The position numbers and the translations under genes are program-made. Below are positions 39,161 through 53,061 of a stretch of DNA of 64,000 nt, one piece after another. The notes beneath the pieces are model-generated. The model was not told the DNA's origin. It made no database searches and saw nothing but the letters and a program-made list of their open reading frames with translations. This DNA comes from Bigelowiella natans CCMP2755. Its lineage: Eukaryota; Protista; Cercozoa. Each line of letters opens with the position of its first letter. Position 1 is the stretch's first letter. The stretch is taken from assembly GCA_000320545.1 (NCBI GenBank), contig ADNK01001701.1:1-64000 (forward strand). The letters run 5' to 3'.

Positions 39161-40546
39161 CTAGATCATAAATTCATCATTGTTTGCTGTTGCGGCTCCA
39201 ACGCATATGTAGATGTCAATGTTGTCGCCTGAGTCTCCTATCCGCTTTTGCATCTTCCTCCAGCACCTGTACACATACACACATATATGTATGCACAAAT
39301 CATACCCAATATTTCGAAAACGTGAGCCTATCGGTGCTATTTGCAAGCAATAACCACGTAAACAACTCAAACCTATACCTGATCCAAGAAGTTGCCAATA
39401 ACCCAAGTTTCCGCCCAGAAACCAAGTGCCCTGCCTAAGAAGGATAAGCAGCAACTTAGTGAATATATGTAAGGATCATCATTGCGTGAGAGCGGAGATA
39501 TTCTCAACGGCAGATTGATGATGCCTTTATCACCGTTATCATCACCACCACCACCATCATTATATTAAAATACACACCTGCAAAAAGAACAATGATGAGA
39601 AAATCTAAAAGAGTGCTGAATACTGGCACTGCTGCACTCGGATGATTCGATAAGATGATGCGAGCGACCTGCTTCATCCACACACCAAGCAACAAGATAA
39701 AAGCCAACCGTGTTCGAAATTGCAGAATCGAACGATTAGCAGGAGGGTAGAGGGGGGGGAGAGGGTCTCAAATACTCTCTCTGTGTTAATAATGTTACCT
39801 TGGCTAAGGGAAGACCAAATAGACCTGCGATCGTTAAACACCCTGCAGTATGCATGTTCGTGTGGGGGAGAGCTTAGCGGCAACTTAAGAACAAATGAGA
39901 AGAAACACCACAGATAACACTACCAATGGGATTTTTAAAGCCGTTTTCAAATATCTTTCTTAGCAACCAAGGAGCATTCTGATATAAGGAAGGAAGGAGA
40001 TCGTTCGTAATACTACAAAGACAATGACGACGACTGCAGCTGCTGTGTTACTATTGCATGCTCTCAATGCAGCGTCAATGGCTACACTTCGTAAAATTGT
40101 GATGTGTATGACAAAGGGAGAGAAATCCCTGTTGATCTCTTTATGATTAGGTTTATAATAAATCAAATACGAGTACTTGTGATTATGTTAGTAACAAATC
40201 AAATACGAGTAGCTTCCTCCGCTCACTCTCATCACTATCATCGTCATTCATAATTATCATCATTATCATCATCTTGCTGACATCATTGGTTCTCTTCCAG
40301 TGTTTCTTATTTCTATGCACAGCTTCGATTTGAGTAGCTAGCATGGAGACCCACTGATAAATAGAACAGAAAACCCAAACACGTTTTAACAGGGAAAACA
40401 TAGTAAATTATCGAATAGCACACAAAGAAGTAAAAAAAAATATGCATTGATGGTAACGTACTTGATGCTAAAATTTTATATATTCAACATATATAGGCCC
40501 TTCTATGATTAGAACTCAATGCACACACCATATATTTACACGCACG

Positions 40547-40604
<58 letters not shown>

Positions 40605-41178
40605 CCTACTACCTCGGTTGTGGGAATGATGATACACATTACTGCATCAAGGTAGGTGATTCTAGAGGAAGGGGATGGGATTGAAAATGAGAATGAGAAG
40701 TACAGACATATATGACCATCGGAACGGGCCTTTGTTGCTGCATACACTGTTTACTACTACTGGTACTACTACGAAGTTTCCAGTTTTAAAGATTGGCAAG
40801 AATGTCTTTTCATCGGTGCTACCACCGCCACTACCACTACTACTGCAACAGCGAAACATTTACAGTTGTTCTAAGGTATTCACAGAGCAGCCTCCTCCTC
40901 CTCCTCCTCCTCCTCCTCCTCCTCCTCCTCCTCGCTAATCTTTCTCACCTTTCCCCTGCCAAAACAAAGACTGCTATCCAGGACAGAGTTCTGCATGCAA
41001 TATCAGCGATTATATCTAAGAGTTCTCCGAAGCGGGAACATTGATTAAGCTTTCCTGTGGTATAAACATTACATTGAATTACATTGATTCAGCGAAGAAG
41101 CAAACGACGAGGAAGGAAGAAATATTTCTGACAATGTAGCATAATAACAATGTTTTTCTCTCACGTATCCTTATCAGT

Positions 41179-41213
<35 letters not shown>

Positions 41214-41473
41214 AATCATTATTGTTGTTGTCATCATCATTATTACTGCCACCACCATCACCATCGTCATCGTAGATCTGTATTACGTGCGGCAATTCCA
41301 TCTAGCAAGTCGGTGAATGCACTAATGAGCATCAGCGCAATGAAGCTCCATCCGTACCGAGGCAAACAAAACGAAGCACAGACACAGAGGCTTATGCGTA
41401 GGTATCCGATTAGGTTAGGTACGTAGAAAATGATATCTCTTTTGGTTCTTAGTTGTTTGGCTTCCTTAGCCAT
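39161..41473 (-). CDS. CDP-alcohol phosphatidyltransferase, phosphatidylinositol synthase-like
   Basis: IIFYVPNLIGYLRI (PIS1 N-terminal motif) and TDLLDGIAAR/..QCSRFGELLDIIAD, matching D-G-x2-A-R-x8-G-x3-D-x3-D. Further TM exons follow. 3' end approximate. Confidence 0.85.
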
Positions 41474-41814
41474 CGTATGTAATGAATGAAGATCTCTTCC
41501 CAAAGCCGTTGACAGAATGGCGGGGGCGGTTCAAAGGAGGGCGCACGTAGATAGTTTTGAACCCCCTCAACCCCCCCTGTTTTCCTTTTGCGTTTGTTTC
41601 GTCACTTTGCTTTGTCCCTTCCTCCCTTCCTGTCTTGCTTCCTTCCTCTCGCCTTGTTCACAGCCGCTGTGTAGAGGAGGCGAGAGTATCGTCAGCACAA
41701 CCTGTGCGATGTGGTCAAAAATCGCTTGATTTTCTTCGAATAACCCCATTTCTATCTTGTCGCTATAGTGAAACCCCATGTCTTCTTTACGACACTGGAC
41801 ATTCTTCTCGAAGG

Positions 41815-42290
41815 ACAGAAATGACATGCGAAGTTCAAAGTTCCAACCACCTCATCCATCATGGCCGTCCTCACTTGAACGCTGTGAGAAACAAACTGTT
41901 CTCGAGTTTGAGAGTGGCCCTGGGTCCTGCTTCTTCTACCTGCTCCTCCTTTTTTGATGCTTCTGACTCTGCCAAAACTCAAGTTTTGCTGGGTGCCCCT
42001 TCGGACGACCCGACCGTGGATCATTGTGTGGGTGCAGCCTTTGGGAAGTTCTGCTCAAGTGCATGCTAGCATGCTTTGCGTCGCCGCCACATTGCAATTG
42101 CCACATTGCAATTGCCACATTGCTGCTAGTCACATTGTTCCACAGCAGCTAGGTTCTCAATTTGAAAACCATGATGGTTTCACCAGTTCGATCTCGTCTG
42201 AGCTAGTTCGAGGCACTGATTTCGCACACTGCAAACGTGTTGCAACACTTTGGAAGTGTGGTTCATTGCTCATTGTTCTTGTTCTTGCCC
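41815..42290 (+). mobile_element. Degenerate 3' end of the LINE family, copy B
   Basis: TCEVQSSNHLIHHGRPHLNAVRNKLFSSL..STCSSFFDASDSAKTQVLLGAPSDDPTVDHCVGAAFGKF..ALRRRH resembles the C-terminal CCHC/LLG/FL..RR region of non-LTR ORF2. The 3' unit follows at 42201. Confidence 0.7.
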
Positions 42291-43177
42291 CCAGGAAGCA
42301 AAATCTCACACTAGCTTTTTCTGGGATGCAGTCTGGGCCGGTGCGTGTGCGCCACGCTAGCACGGCTAATTGGGTTGACGCAAGCAAGAGCCGCCTCTCG
42401 TGGTTCCAAAGATTCGTTGTTGAGGACCCAGTCTGGCAGTCACGACACGAAGCCATTGAAAGCATGCAATGAAGAGCACGCGATGCATGCCAGCAGGCTG
42501 CAGTCTTTTTGCGCCCACCTGGCCACGCTTTTCAGCCTGCTGAATCGCCCATTTGTTGCTTGTGATGTGCACCTGGCTGGCACAGCTAGACAGCTAGCTG
42601 GGAACGTGCTGTTGATTGATTCGCGTTGCACGAGCGACACCTGGACCGACGTGAGCCAGGTTAGCAGGTGTGTTCTCATTTTTCGGAACCAGGCTAGCAG
42701 GTTGTCGAACATGTCTAGTTGTGATGATTGCAATCATCACAGTCTAGCAGTGCTGAGTGAGTTTGATCCAGCTAGCCAGTCTTCATTCGCTAGTTTGCGC
42801 AAGCTGGCTGAAGAAATTCAATGTTCAGTCCAACTGACACAACAAATGAGCACATATTGTGCATGCTCAAACATTGTGATCAAGGGAAGTCTCCAATGGG
42901 TAGCATCCAACGTCAATTTCCACTTCTAGACTTGTCTGCGCGCACACCTAGACATGCAAACGAGTTCTGGAGCTTGAGCGTTTGCATGATGCCGACACGT
43001 GTTCATTCACCGCAGCAGTGAATCAAGCAACGCGGTGTGTGTTGGTAGCTGTGCATGGACAAGATGGGGTGTCATAGCAATCTCACTTTTGTCAACATGT
43101 GTGACACAAATTTGGACACATCCGTGCAATGCAATGCTACAGGCTGCACGTGTCATTGACAGTGCCTCAATTCGAAT

Positions 43178-43595
43178 TCAGGCGTAGAATTCCTCCATCT
43201 TCTTCATATTGTCTTCATTGTGCGTGCGGTTCATTTTAGCTGCTCCATTAGAAGACTCATCCGCTCTTGTTGCCCTTGATTTTGTGGCGTTATAAAGCTT
43301 TCTAATCGCATGGTTGGATCTAAGTTAAATTGTAGCGAAATGAGCACCATGTCTCGGTTCCATATGACAAATCATCGGCAAGAAACACGTGCATGAAAGT
43401 ACTAATATAGATCTAAATGTATGCATTCTACTTGTCGCAGATGAAAATGTTCCCTGATTTGTCCACAGCAACGTCTGTAGGGAAATGGAGCAACGACGAC
43501 AAAGCCGGGCCTGAACATATGGAATGTTATGTTGAAGAAATATGTCATGCGCCATAATCTGAAATATCGAAGCTATCGAATGCAAATATGATGTG

Positions 43596-43656
<61 letters not shown>

Positions 43657-44292
43657 ATAGTATTCTGATGGCACTATAAATATTCGTAGTGGAATATTGG
43701 AGTGGAATGTTGGTAAATCATGATCATCAGCATAATGAGAATCACATTCAATCAACACAATTTCTCTTCTCTTCTTCTTCCACATTCTCCAAGGTATATC
43801 TCACCATCAGCATTGCCAGATCTCCCAATCTGCCCAGCTATCGTAGCCACACGACCGTTGGGAGTGACCTTGGTAGGGAGGGGGGGGGGGGGGGGAGAAG
43901 CACGTGTGGTTGATCATCATCGAAGGACAGAGAGATTGATAAGTGGGGGTAGGTAGTAGGTCTGCAATGATTTCAGTTGTGACACCTTTCGTATGCGATG
44001 GTTGTTTGTATCCGCGACATAAATCTGAATTATGATGATGTTTAGGAGGAGGAGGAGGAGGAGGAGGAGGAGGATAAATGACCACACGTCTTAACCCGTC
44101 TAGGTCATTCCTTATTCTTGTTCTTGTCATTCCTCTTGCGATGATGATAATAGTGATGATGATGGTGATGGTTGTTATTGTTACGTTGTCGAGCGGATCA
44201 ATGCAAAGCCCCATTGGTCTGTTAAACTGCGTTTTCAGCATTACGGTACTTCCTTCTAAACAAACGAAGAACACGTAAGGGCAAGTGTTACG

Positions 44293-44355
<63 letters not shown>

Positions 44356-44510
44356 ATATAGAAATGTATACTGTATTCATATCTTCATCCCCCCCTCTCT
44401 CCCTCTCTAGTTGACTAGTCATCCATGGAAAAATCTCAAAAACTCATTCTTATCGCTTCAAAAGCTTCTTCTGAATATATACATTCATGCTAATACCTGC
44501 TGTATTTCAC

Positions 44511-44561
<51 letters not shown>

Positions 44562-44730
44562 CGAGCATAGAGCATTGTGCAGCAGCAGCAGCAGCTTTAT
44601 GATCACAAGAAGCTATTAACAGCACCTGGAGTCATCTTGCGTAGTCTACCACGCTCTAAATCCAGAAAATATATGTTCTTCTCACTGTCCACTGCCACGC
44701 CGGAGATCACAGTCAGCTGTAGTAGAGAGA

Positions 44731-44773
<43 letters not shown>

Positions 44774-45015
44774 GAGGTGAATAACATTATCAACTGTGTA
44801 ATTTCCTCGCTTTGGCTTTTTCTGAACGTAGTAGCTCATATGTCAAAATCGTTGTCTTTTCACCCTCCATCTACCACTACCGGGTTGCCGCTTCTTCGGG
44901 TATCGAACGCGATTGGAGGAGCACCGAAGTAGACACGTTCTAGCACCGAAAACATCGTAATTAGAATATGCAAACGGGTGATGCGTTTGGGCGTGAGCCT
45001 GAGTCTATCTTCGAT

Positions 45016-45054
<39 letters not shown>

Positions 45055-45194
45055 GCTTGCCTTGTGTGTCTGAATCTCGACGTGGCTTGTAAAGGGTTGA
45101 TCGGAAAGGAATACCTGCCCGATGGTGATGATGATGAAGAAACAGGACAAAGAAGACGAAGGTGGGGTGAAGAGAGGGATTTGTGTGCGTAGAC

Positions 45195-45231
<37 letters not shown>

Positions 45232-45407
45232 TGTGTGTGTATGTGCTGTTGTTGTTGATTGCAGTAGTAACGGTGGTAGATTTATTCATGGCATTAACTA
45301 TCGTCATCACAATTATTCATAAGTTCTTACGGAATAGCCTCCACCTCGGCATCATCCCTAAAACCATAGAAAAATGCTACTGATCACCATGAAACATTAA
45401 GATGATA

Positions 45408-45438
<31 letters not shown>

Positions 45439-45511
45439 CAATGGTGAGAGGACGTAGAGCTCATTCAGAGACTGCGAGCCAGTGGTGTATATGTGTTGTT
45501 TGTGTGTATGC

Positions 45512-45550
<39 letters not shown>

Positions 45551-46320
45551 GAGGGAGAGAGAGGTGAGGGAGAGAGCGAAGAGAAAATAAATTAAAATAC
45601 AAACAAACAAGTAGTTGAAACTAAGCAGCAAAGTCCTACGGTCCCAACAACCCCCCCCCCCCTTTAACTGTCCCAGTCTCACCCTCTCGTCAGCTGGGAG
45701 ATTCGTCGCATGATCATATTTCCGGGGTCAGCGACCATCAATTCGCTGATATAGACATTGTCATAATCACAACAATCAAAATCGTAGGTATTACTTGCTT
45801 TCTTGATGTCATATCCCTTCCCCCACCCCCCCCCCCTTCCCTCTCTATTTGTACAACTGTTTGTCCTTTTCCTCGTAGTGTATCTATCTATCTATAATAT
45901 TCATCTCTTTCGTTTTCTTTATTTATATGTTCAGTAGTATTCTTTACTCGTCTCCTCGCGCATGGTCTCGATGACAGACCATTGCCTTGGGATGTGAGAA
46001 TCTGTGAAATAGACAACAAAACACGTGAGTAGTGTGTCAACCACTACTACCGCTACAACCAATCCTGCTACTACCGGATGGTGACGTGGGAGGCGGGGAG
46101 AAGAAGAAGAAGAAGAAGAAGAAGAAGAAGAAGAAGAAGAAGGGGTGGGGAGAGAGAGGAAGAGAAAGGAAGAGAATGGTGGCTAAGTAAGAATATTGTT
46201 TGATATGACATTGAATAATCCAACGTGCCGTCACGAAGGCCTTCGTAGTTCTCTTGCCCTGTCGTATTGTTATTAACATTTGTTACAGATCTTCGTCGCT
46301 ATATTCTATTACCATGAATG

Positions 46321-46360
<40 letters not shown>

Positions 46361-46484
46361 CATATCTTAGAGGTGGCACGAATGGAAGATTCATATCTCG
46401 AAATTTATCATGTTTCTTCTCCCTCCTCCCCTATCTTCATACGTGCATAATGTAACCCTACTGCTGTATTTAATGCCATTCCTT

Positions 46485-46530
<46 letters not shown>

Positions 46531-47253
46531 GTTATTTGTTACATGCTGTAGCACCTGTGAGTGTGGTGACGATGCCCGTCTGGACAACGATACGTCTGAT
46601 TGTGTGATTGTCTTCGAGAAAGAGAGAAAGAGAGAGGGAGACAGAGCGAGGGGGAGATTAGAGGAAGTGAGATGGGAAAGAAGAAATAGTTAATGCGCTC
46701 CTATTGTGTTTCATTGATAGACTTTCATCATCGCCATCACCACCACCACCACCACTATCTACTAATCCCGCCACACGCACAGCATACATGGCTCCGAGAC
46801 GTATATGGCCTTGTTGCTGGGTGAAACAGCTACTCCGGTTGGGAAACTAAAATCGGCGTCATCCTTATGCCCATCCTTACGGCCCTGGAGACCTGCGAAG
46901 GGGAGCAAGTATTCGTTGAACGAATAGCAGCAAATATGGTGGCGTGGCCATTACAGATGAACCGTCACTAAATGGCAGGTGCGGTACAATAAGTCGTTGA
47001 GAGGAGATTGCTACCCAACTTGGGAGTGGCATATGCAGTTGGTTTTCCTTGTGTATGGTGATGAAGCAACCTTCTTAGTAGTGGTAAACAGAATATACTA
47101 CTACTACTACTAATAATAATAATAATAATGTCTCCTCGATAAACCTGTTCCTGCGATGACAATGTGCTTCTCCTTCGTGACCTTAAAGACCTGCAGGAAG
47201 TATTGAGAGAGGTTCATTGTAATCGATCGGTCGGCATAGAAACACCCATAATC

Positions 47254-47284
<31 letters not shown>

Positions 47285-48311
47285 ATATTATCATCTTTAG
47301 ATGGGATAATCATCATTCGTGCAATGTTTGTTTGATGGGGAGGCAAGAACTTGATGAGTGCCGGTGTTAGTCACGTATAGCTCGCCTCCCCCCGAGACTG
47401 CGATTCCACTCGGTAGGCTGAAGCGCTTTATCTAATGCACAACCAAAGAAGGAGAAACAACATTAGGTTGAACCTGTCAATTCATCTTCAATTTTGTGAA
47501 ATTTATGAGGAGGGTCAGCACAGCACGGCGTATGTCGTCGTATCGAAGATGATATAAAAATCGACAGGACCTACCTCCAACGGCTCGCCGTGATCTGGGT
47601 GCCTATACGTTGCACTTCCAGGGAGAGTTCTCATCTGATGCATGCATGTTGTTACATCCTCCCTATTGTGCTACTACTGTGTGCTACTGATCGATGTATG
47701 CAGATATGATTATGGTAGGGAGGATTATCGTATATAACTATCCCTCTGAATCAGAAGCAGGACAATAATCGTACCTTTCTCTATGACTCTCCTCTCTTGT
47801 GTCATCATAACAACAGCCACTACCTGCAAGTCGCCATAATCCCCCTTACTTGGGAGATCGTTGTCCACTTCACCCTTTTCTGTTCTTGGCGATTTCACCA
47901 GTCTTTCCTCTATTGCTGATTCATCAACTAAATTGGGTCGTTTCTCAACAAGGCCAACCCCCCCTCGCAGTTGTTCAAATATTGCCCCCTATATTTTGAT
48001 TTTGGCGCATATCATCACTCATTAGTTTGTGTTGCATTAAAAGGGAGTTGTAGTTCGGTCCACAGAAAAAGAAATCGCTTTCCCATCATCATATCTATCA
48101 GAGCAAGCTAGATATATTACAAGCTGACCTTTTCCCTTCCATTTGTCTCGTATTTCCTACGTCGGCAGCTGATCTCTCCTTTCCTCAACAATGCGCCCCT
48201 GGGTCTTCTCCGCGGAACGTTGCTGATGGTCATCAGCGTATAGCTCACATAGATCAGCACACAGAGTCTTGGCCAAAGCCAAAGACGCCGCCTGCCGATC
48301 TCCTCCTCCAT
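43178..48311 (-). CDS. NHL-repeat (six-bladed beta-propeller) protein with N-terminal signal/TM segment, many exons
   Basis: Repeats FSLPSGIAVS, DADFSFPTGVAVSP..DNHTIRRI, ISGVAVDSEKNIYFLD, TQFNRPMGLCIDPLDN/IYVADTNNHRIRKV, GRVATIAGQIGRSGNADG, FHFPTDVAVDKSGNIFICD/..NHAIRKL. Start MEEEIGRRRLWLWPRLCVLIYV. Confidence 0.85.
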
Positions 48312-48649
48312 TGACGCGAGATCGAAAATGCAGCAGCGACGAGTGAGCCGACTCGCAATGGGTTCAGGGCCGAGCAACGGTCATCGTATGAGCGACGATT
48401 GTGAATTTGGACGCATTTTGCGGATTGCGTCAATAATTCATCGGAGTCGTAACCGAACAATGGGCTGAAGACGACGCCAAGGTAGCAGACAAGTCGCAAG
48501 TAAGTGGCAGTAGGCCCTTTGTTGTCTACGTCTAAAAAAAAAATGTAGTTAATTCAACTACGAGTAGATCCATGAGAAGCTCTGGGCTCACATCACCAAC
48601 ATGGCTTCAGACTGACCTTCATGTCAAGGGCTCGCAACTGTGTTAGCTA

Positions 48650-49280
48650 GCATTTCTTGGGAGAAGAATGCACGAGCCTCCCTGCCCAATGTGCAAAAAC
48701 AACGCCTACGTTTGCTTGAAGGATCGCGCCGGAGAGTGCACCTGCAAAAAGCGTGGAGCTGTTGATGTGCAGAGATGCAGAGGCATCAACAATCGTCAGC
48801 GAGGAAGCTGAGTGGAGGGATTTCAAAGACTCTGATCCCCGAGGTGGGGACCCTGATCGAGTGGGTCTAAAGGAAGATGGGATTGATTGGGACACACCAA
48901 AGCTTCACTTTGCCGATGAAAGCCAGAAAGTGCACGAGGTCATCCAGCCAAGCAAAGTTGTGACAATCCAGCAATCAAAGAAAGCAAACAAGCTCGGGTT
49001 GGAAAACAGCGTGGGTCAGGAGGCGGCGAAGATTGCCGAAGCGGTAATGCTGACTGGCTGCCTGGGAGGCAAACGTCCAGGCACTGTGGCTAGCTACCAG
49101 TGCTTGCTTGCTCATTGATTGCTCTGGAAGGGATTGAAGGCGCGAAAATCGCCATTGAAGATGCCTTTGACGTGAAAAGGGAGACGCTCGAGGGAAGAGC
49201 TCGTGACATCAAAAAATCAGTGATTGCAAATCACGCGTCAGCATTGAAGATGTCAGAATCCAAACCGAAGAAAAAGTGAA
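48650..49280 (+). pseudogene. Disrupted relic ORF inside a TpA-depleted island (probable mobile-element protein)
   Basis: Protein-like frame 48753-49118 with a single Tyr, followed by frameshifted continuation. Family not recognised. Confidence 0.3.
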
Positions 49281-49499
49281 GGTGATCTTGTCTTCAGTCA
49301 TTCACGCAACAACGTTGATCACATTGCTGCTTGACGTGGTGAACAGTCATCTCTAGATCTCACGACGGAATCCACTCCATTGGACATGAATGATGATGGA
49401 ATGTCCACAAGATGCAAAATCACCATGCACATGGAAGGACGGTTGCCTCCTTGAACCTTCAAAAACCTGAACAAAAAACCTCGAACGTCTTGCAACGTT

Positions 49500-50010
49500 T
49501 TTGAGTGAAACTGAAGTCTCTAGGTCTCATTGGGTGCACCCTCGGACGACCTGTCCGTGGACCGTCGAGTGGATGTGGCCTTCAGGAAGTTCCTACTTGG
49601 AGTGGATGCTTTGCGTCGACGCCACATTGCGGCTAGTTGCATTGCTAGATTGCTCCACAATGGCCAGAGTGGTGCCAATCTCAAACTCCTCTGGTCCTGT
49701 TGGTTTTGCCAGTCGATCGGTCCTCACCAAAGCTAGTTCGAGGCACTGCGTTTCGCACACGTGCTGCAAGTGTCTTGTGACGTTTTGGAAATGTGGTTCA
49801 TCATCATTGTCATTGCCATTGTGTCATCTAGTCATTGTTGTTGTTTTGGAAGTGTGGTTTTTCATCATTGTCTTTGTCTTTGTCTGGACATGCTGGTTTT
49901 CACACCAGGAAGTCCTCGTTGTTTTGAGCTCGAGGCTTTGCGTTTCGCACTTTGCACTAGGCAAGCTAGTGTCATGCATCAATCACTTTGGAAGTGTGGT
50001 TGATTGTGTC
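49500..50010 (+). mobile_element. Degenerate 3' end of the LINE family, copy C, with repeated 3' units and a degenerate tail
   Basis: GAPSDDLSVDRRVDVAFRKFLLGVDALRRRHIAASC. 3' units at ~49731 and ~49926. Tail TCATCATCATTGTCATTG. Confidence 0.72.
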
Positions 50011-50085
50011 AAAAGCTGGTCAGTGCTTTCCGATGAACTGTCTCTGCTGCGAACACAAGCGCTGGAGCACACCAACACGCACACA

Positions 50086-50126
<41 letters not shown>

Positions 50127-51042
50127 ATGTCGCACTCACTCCAGTGCTCATTTTGCAAAGCTCGCCTCTCTAGTTTTCGTTTCCATTCCATGGTGCTCTC
50201 ACCAGGTGTAGGCTCAGCACTGAGATGATGGACATGCAAATTGAGCATGCAGCCGTGCAGCATCGCATCTCCGCATGTCTGTGCGTCTGCTCGCATTGTT
50301 GCACGTCGCTTGTCTTTGTTCGATCACCATTGCATTTCAATCGCATCTTGAGGCTGGACCAGTTGAGACCATCAACCACGTTGTGGTAGATGTGAAGCCT
50401 GCGCACGTGTAGCGTAGCAGTGAGATAATCAAGCGCTTTCATGCAATGACACATTCGGCAGAGTGCTCCAGATTTCAAACACATTGGAAGTGAGCCTACT
50501 TAGCTGCTCTAGTGCTCAGATCAGTGCACACGCCGCTGCCCTAGACATTTTCAGATTGTGATGCTAACCATTGGGCGCATCAAACTTCCAATGCGATTCT
50601 GTTCTGTGCCAGGACTCATTTCTTCAGCCGCGGCACATCTAGACATGTCTTGCTCTAGCTACTGTTTTCCACTAGCAACATTGTTCATACATGGGCTCCA
50701 CATGGGACATTTTTACATACACATGTCATAGTTCCGCAAATAGAATCACCCTTTTCTTTTAATTGTTCGATATAAGTTTCAATTCCTAGAGAGATCAAAT
50801 TTTCATTTTTTTGTAAATATGAACGTTACGCACACAACACGTATGTACAGTGTAATCTTAATCTGAGCCGTAACGCCTATCATTTTGTGCCTATTGAATT
50901 GTTGGCTTGTGGTAGAGCAATGGATACTAAATCTCAAATCCGTAAAGCGGTATCATAGCAATCTTCATCTGAGAGTACTTCAATGCTGTTTGAACAACAT
51001 CAAGTTTAAATTAAAAGCCCAGTCGGTCCTCATTTATCATCA

Positions 51043-51196
51043 TTAGCGTCTAGTAAACATTCGTCCCGAAGTGCGCATATCTGGGATAGATTAAGAAAGT
51101 TTATGAAGAGGTATGGAATCTAAGACGTATTTTAAATAATGACTAAAAATTCTTCAGTTGATGAAGAAATCGCCTGTGCAGTTTCCTTCTTTCTTA

Positions 51197-51232
<36 letters not shown>

Positions 51233-52176
51233 TTTCTTCTTCTTCTATTCCCTACTCATATAAGTGGTGAATTACTGACTTGAGCTCAACTTCCGACTTT
51301 GTATTCTCCTATGTGCCTCGCGCATGTGAAGAGGCCGGATAGGTCCTGTGTCGCCGAACTCAGCCATAACTTTACGGCTCTCCTCCACAATTTCTTCTAT
51401 GAACATTTCTGTGATATCTCGTACCACCTGTGGTGATAAAATATTATTGTTATCCCCTTATTCCTGGTCAGCTCTTTCATCTCTCTCCCCTTATTTTAAT
51501 TATATATTTCCATATATTTCTCTATCAACATCTCTTGTCCTTCCCCTGAATGTGGTCTAGGCTTCATGTCCGGTACCAATTTGAGAATTTTGAAGTCCTC
51601 TTTGGTCTTGCCTAATCTCTCTTCCTTCCCGCCATTCTTCATAAGACTTTGGATGATTCCTTCGATGTAATCTTTGTCTAGCTTCTCCGAAGTGTACTTT
51701 TCATGCCTCGCTTTCTGATTTGAAGTGAGTGGTTCAACGTGTCGAACGGATGTGGGGATCAAGGCCCATTCTAATTATTCAGGATTTTTCCTAATAGTGA
51801 TGATACGACCTGTTCATCTGTCATTTTCTCAATAATCTTTTGGTCATGCTCCTTATCCCTCTCCATCTGCTTACGCTCCTTGTCCTTCTTACTCTTCTTC
51901 CCCTTTTTGCGCTGACTAGGGGACTTTTGACGGGCTCTCTTTTTCTTCTTCGGGCTGATAAAGATGTAAAAACAAGTTCAATGATAAGTCCCAGGTGAAG
52001 ATGATGGAAGGGTGCGTGAGTTCTAACAAGCAATATAGACACACAGCAACAGCTTCGAGGAATACGCAAACAAACCCTTTGGATCCCGAACCCCCTCCAG
52101 ATCCAGACGTAGTATCTTTTTGGCCGCTATCTGCGCCCAGACCGAATATATCATCAAATTCTGCGTGGTCCTCCAT
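51043..52176 (-). CDS. TAF11: TFIID subunit TAF11 (TAFII28 histone-fold), multi-exon
   Basis: ..IIEKMTDEQ/KARHEKYTSEKLDKDYIEGIIQSL../VVRDITEMFIEEIVEESRKVMAEFGDTGPIRPLHMREAHRRI matches the TAF11 pattern (EEQ..RYE..; F+GE+VE.A..V...GP+.P.H+REA.RR). Confidence 0.85.
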
Positions 52177-52328
52177 GGTAGAGGTGCTGATGAGATTGCT
52201 TCCTCGACTCGGAGGGGGAGGAGCTCTTTCCTGAGTGGTTGTTTCTGTTGTTTGTTTATATCAATTGGGCCAATATCATAGGATATATTAGCTTTCAAGA
52301 TAAGGACATATTTTCCCCATATATTCTT

Positions 52329-53009
52329 CTATTGCGACAAGGAGAATCGTTGTCGTACAATAGAAATGGAACTTATTACGTCTCCTGAAAAATCGAAATT
52401 TGCCCTTGTCAGCCCTCCAATCCCGAAGCTCCGCCTCGGGATGTGAAAGAGGCCTAGGGGGCAGGGGGGGAAATGGGCTGTGGCGTTTCGCGGCCCCGGG
52501 TACCCCCGAAGGATGAGGAAGCTAGTGAAGACGAGGTAGCACGTATACATGGCATCGAAATGCAAATGGAATGGGAGAGCGTGCAACCATTTGCTCAGGC
52601 TAACTGCTTTATGTATGTAACGCTTGTAGGCTCTGGGAGTGGAAATCGATGAAGCGATGCGCGAAATTATCGACAAGTCCCCATTGCTAACACGCTTGAT
52701 TATTAATTTCAACATCATCAGGGAGCAGAGGGGGGTGGGGTGGTTGATTTGATCGTACTCATCATTCAAATCATACATCTTCAGGTACTGTCTGGGGAAC
52801 AAACACGTCAATCAACTGGAAAGGGTAAGCAAACTGTGTTTAGCATGATGTGTCACCACAATTTGATGATGATTACTATATCAACATATATCAAATTTAG
52901 ATACCTTTACTACTTTGAGATACATCAAAATACAATAAATTATATACATACATCGCCACGTCACGTCACGTCACGTCACACATCACATGGGAGACACATA
53001 AAATGAATA

Positions 53010-53061
<52 letters not shown>

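Noticed and set aside
49040-49140. Tyrosine-recombinase (DIRS) N-terminus in KRPGTVASYQ
   Set aside because: The match is too short, and no catalytic R-H-R-Y motifs are visible downstream.
49501-50211. 236-aa and similar long ORFs (41557-42929) as genes
   Set aside because: Long open frames arise passively in TpA-depleted DNA because TAA/TAG stops are lost. The products are Cys/His-rich and implausible.
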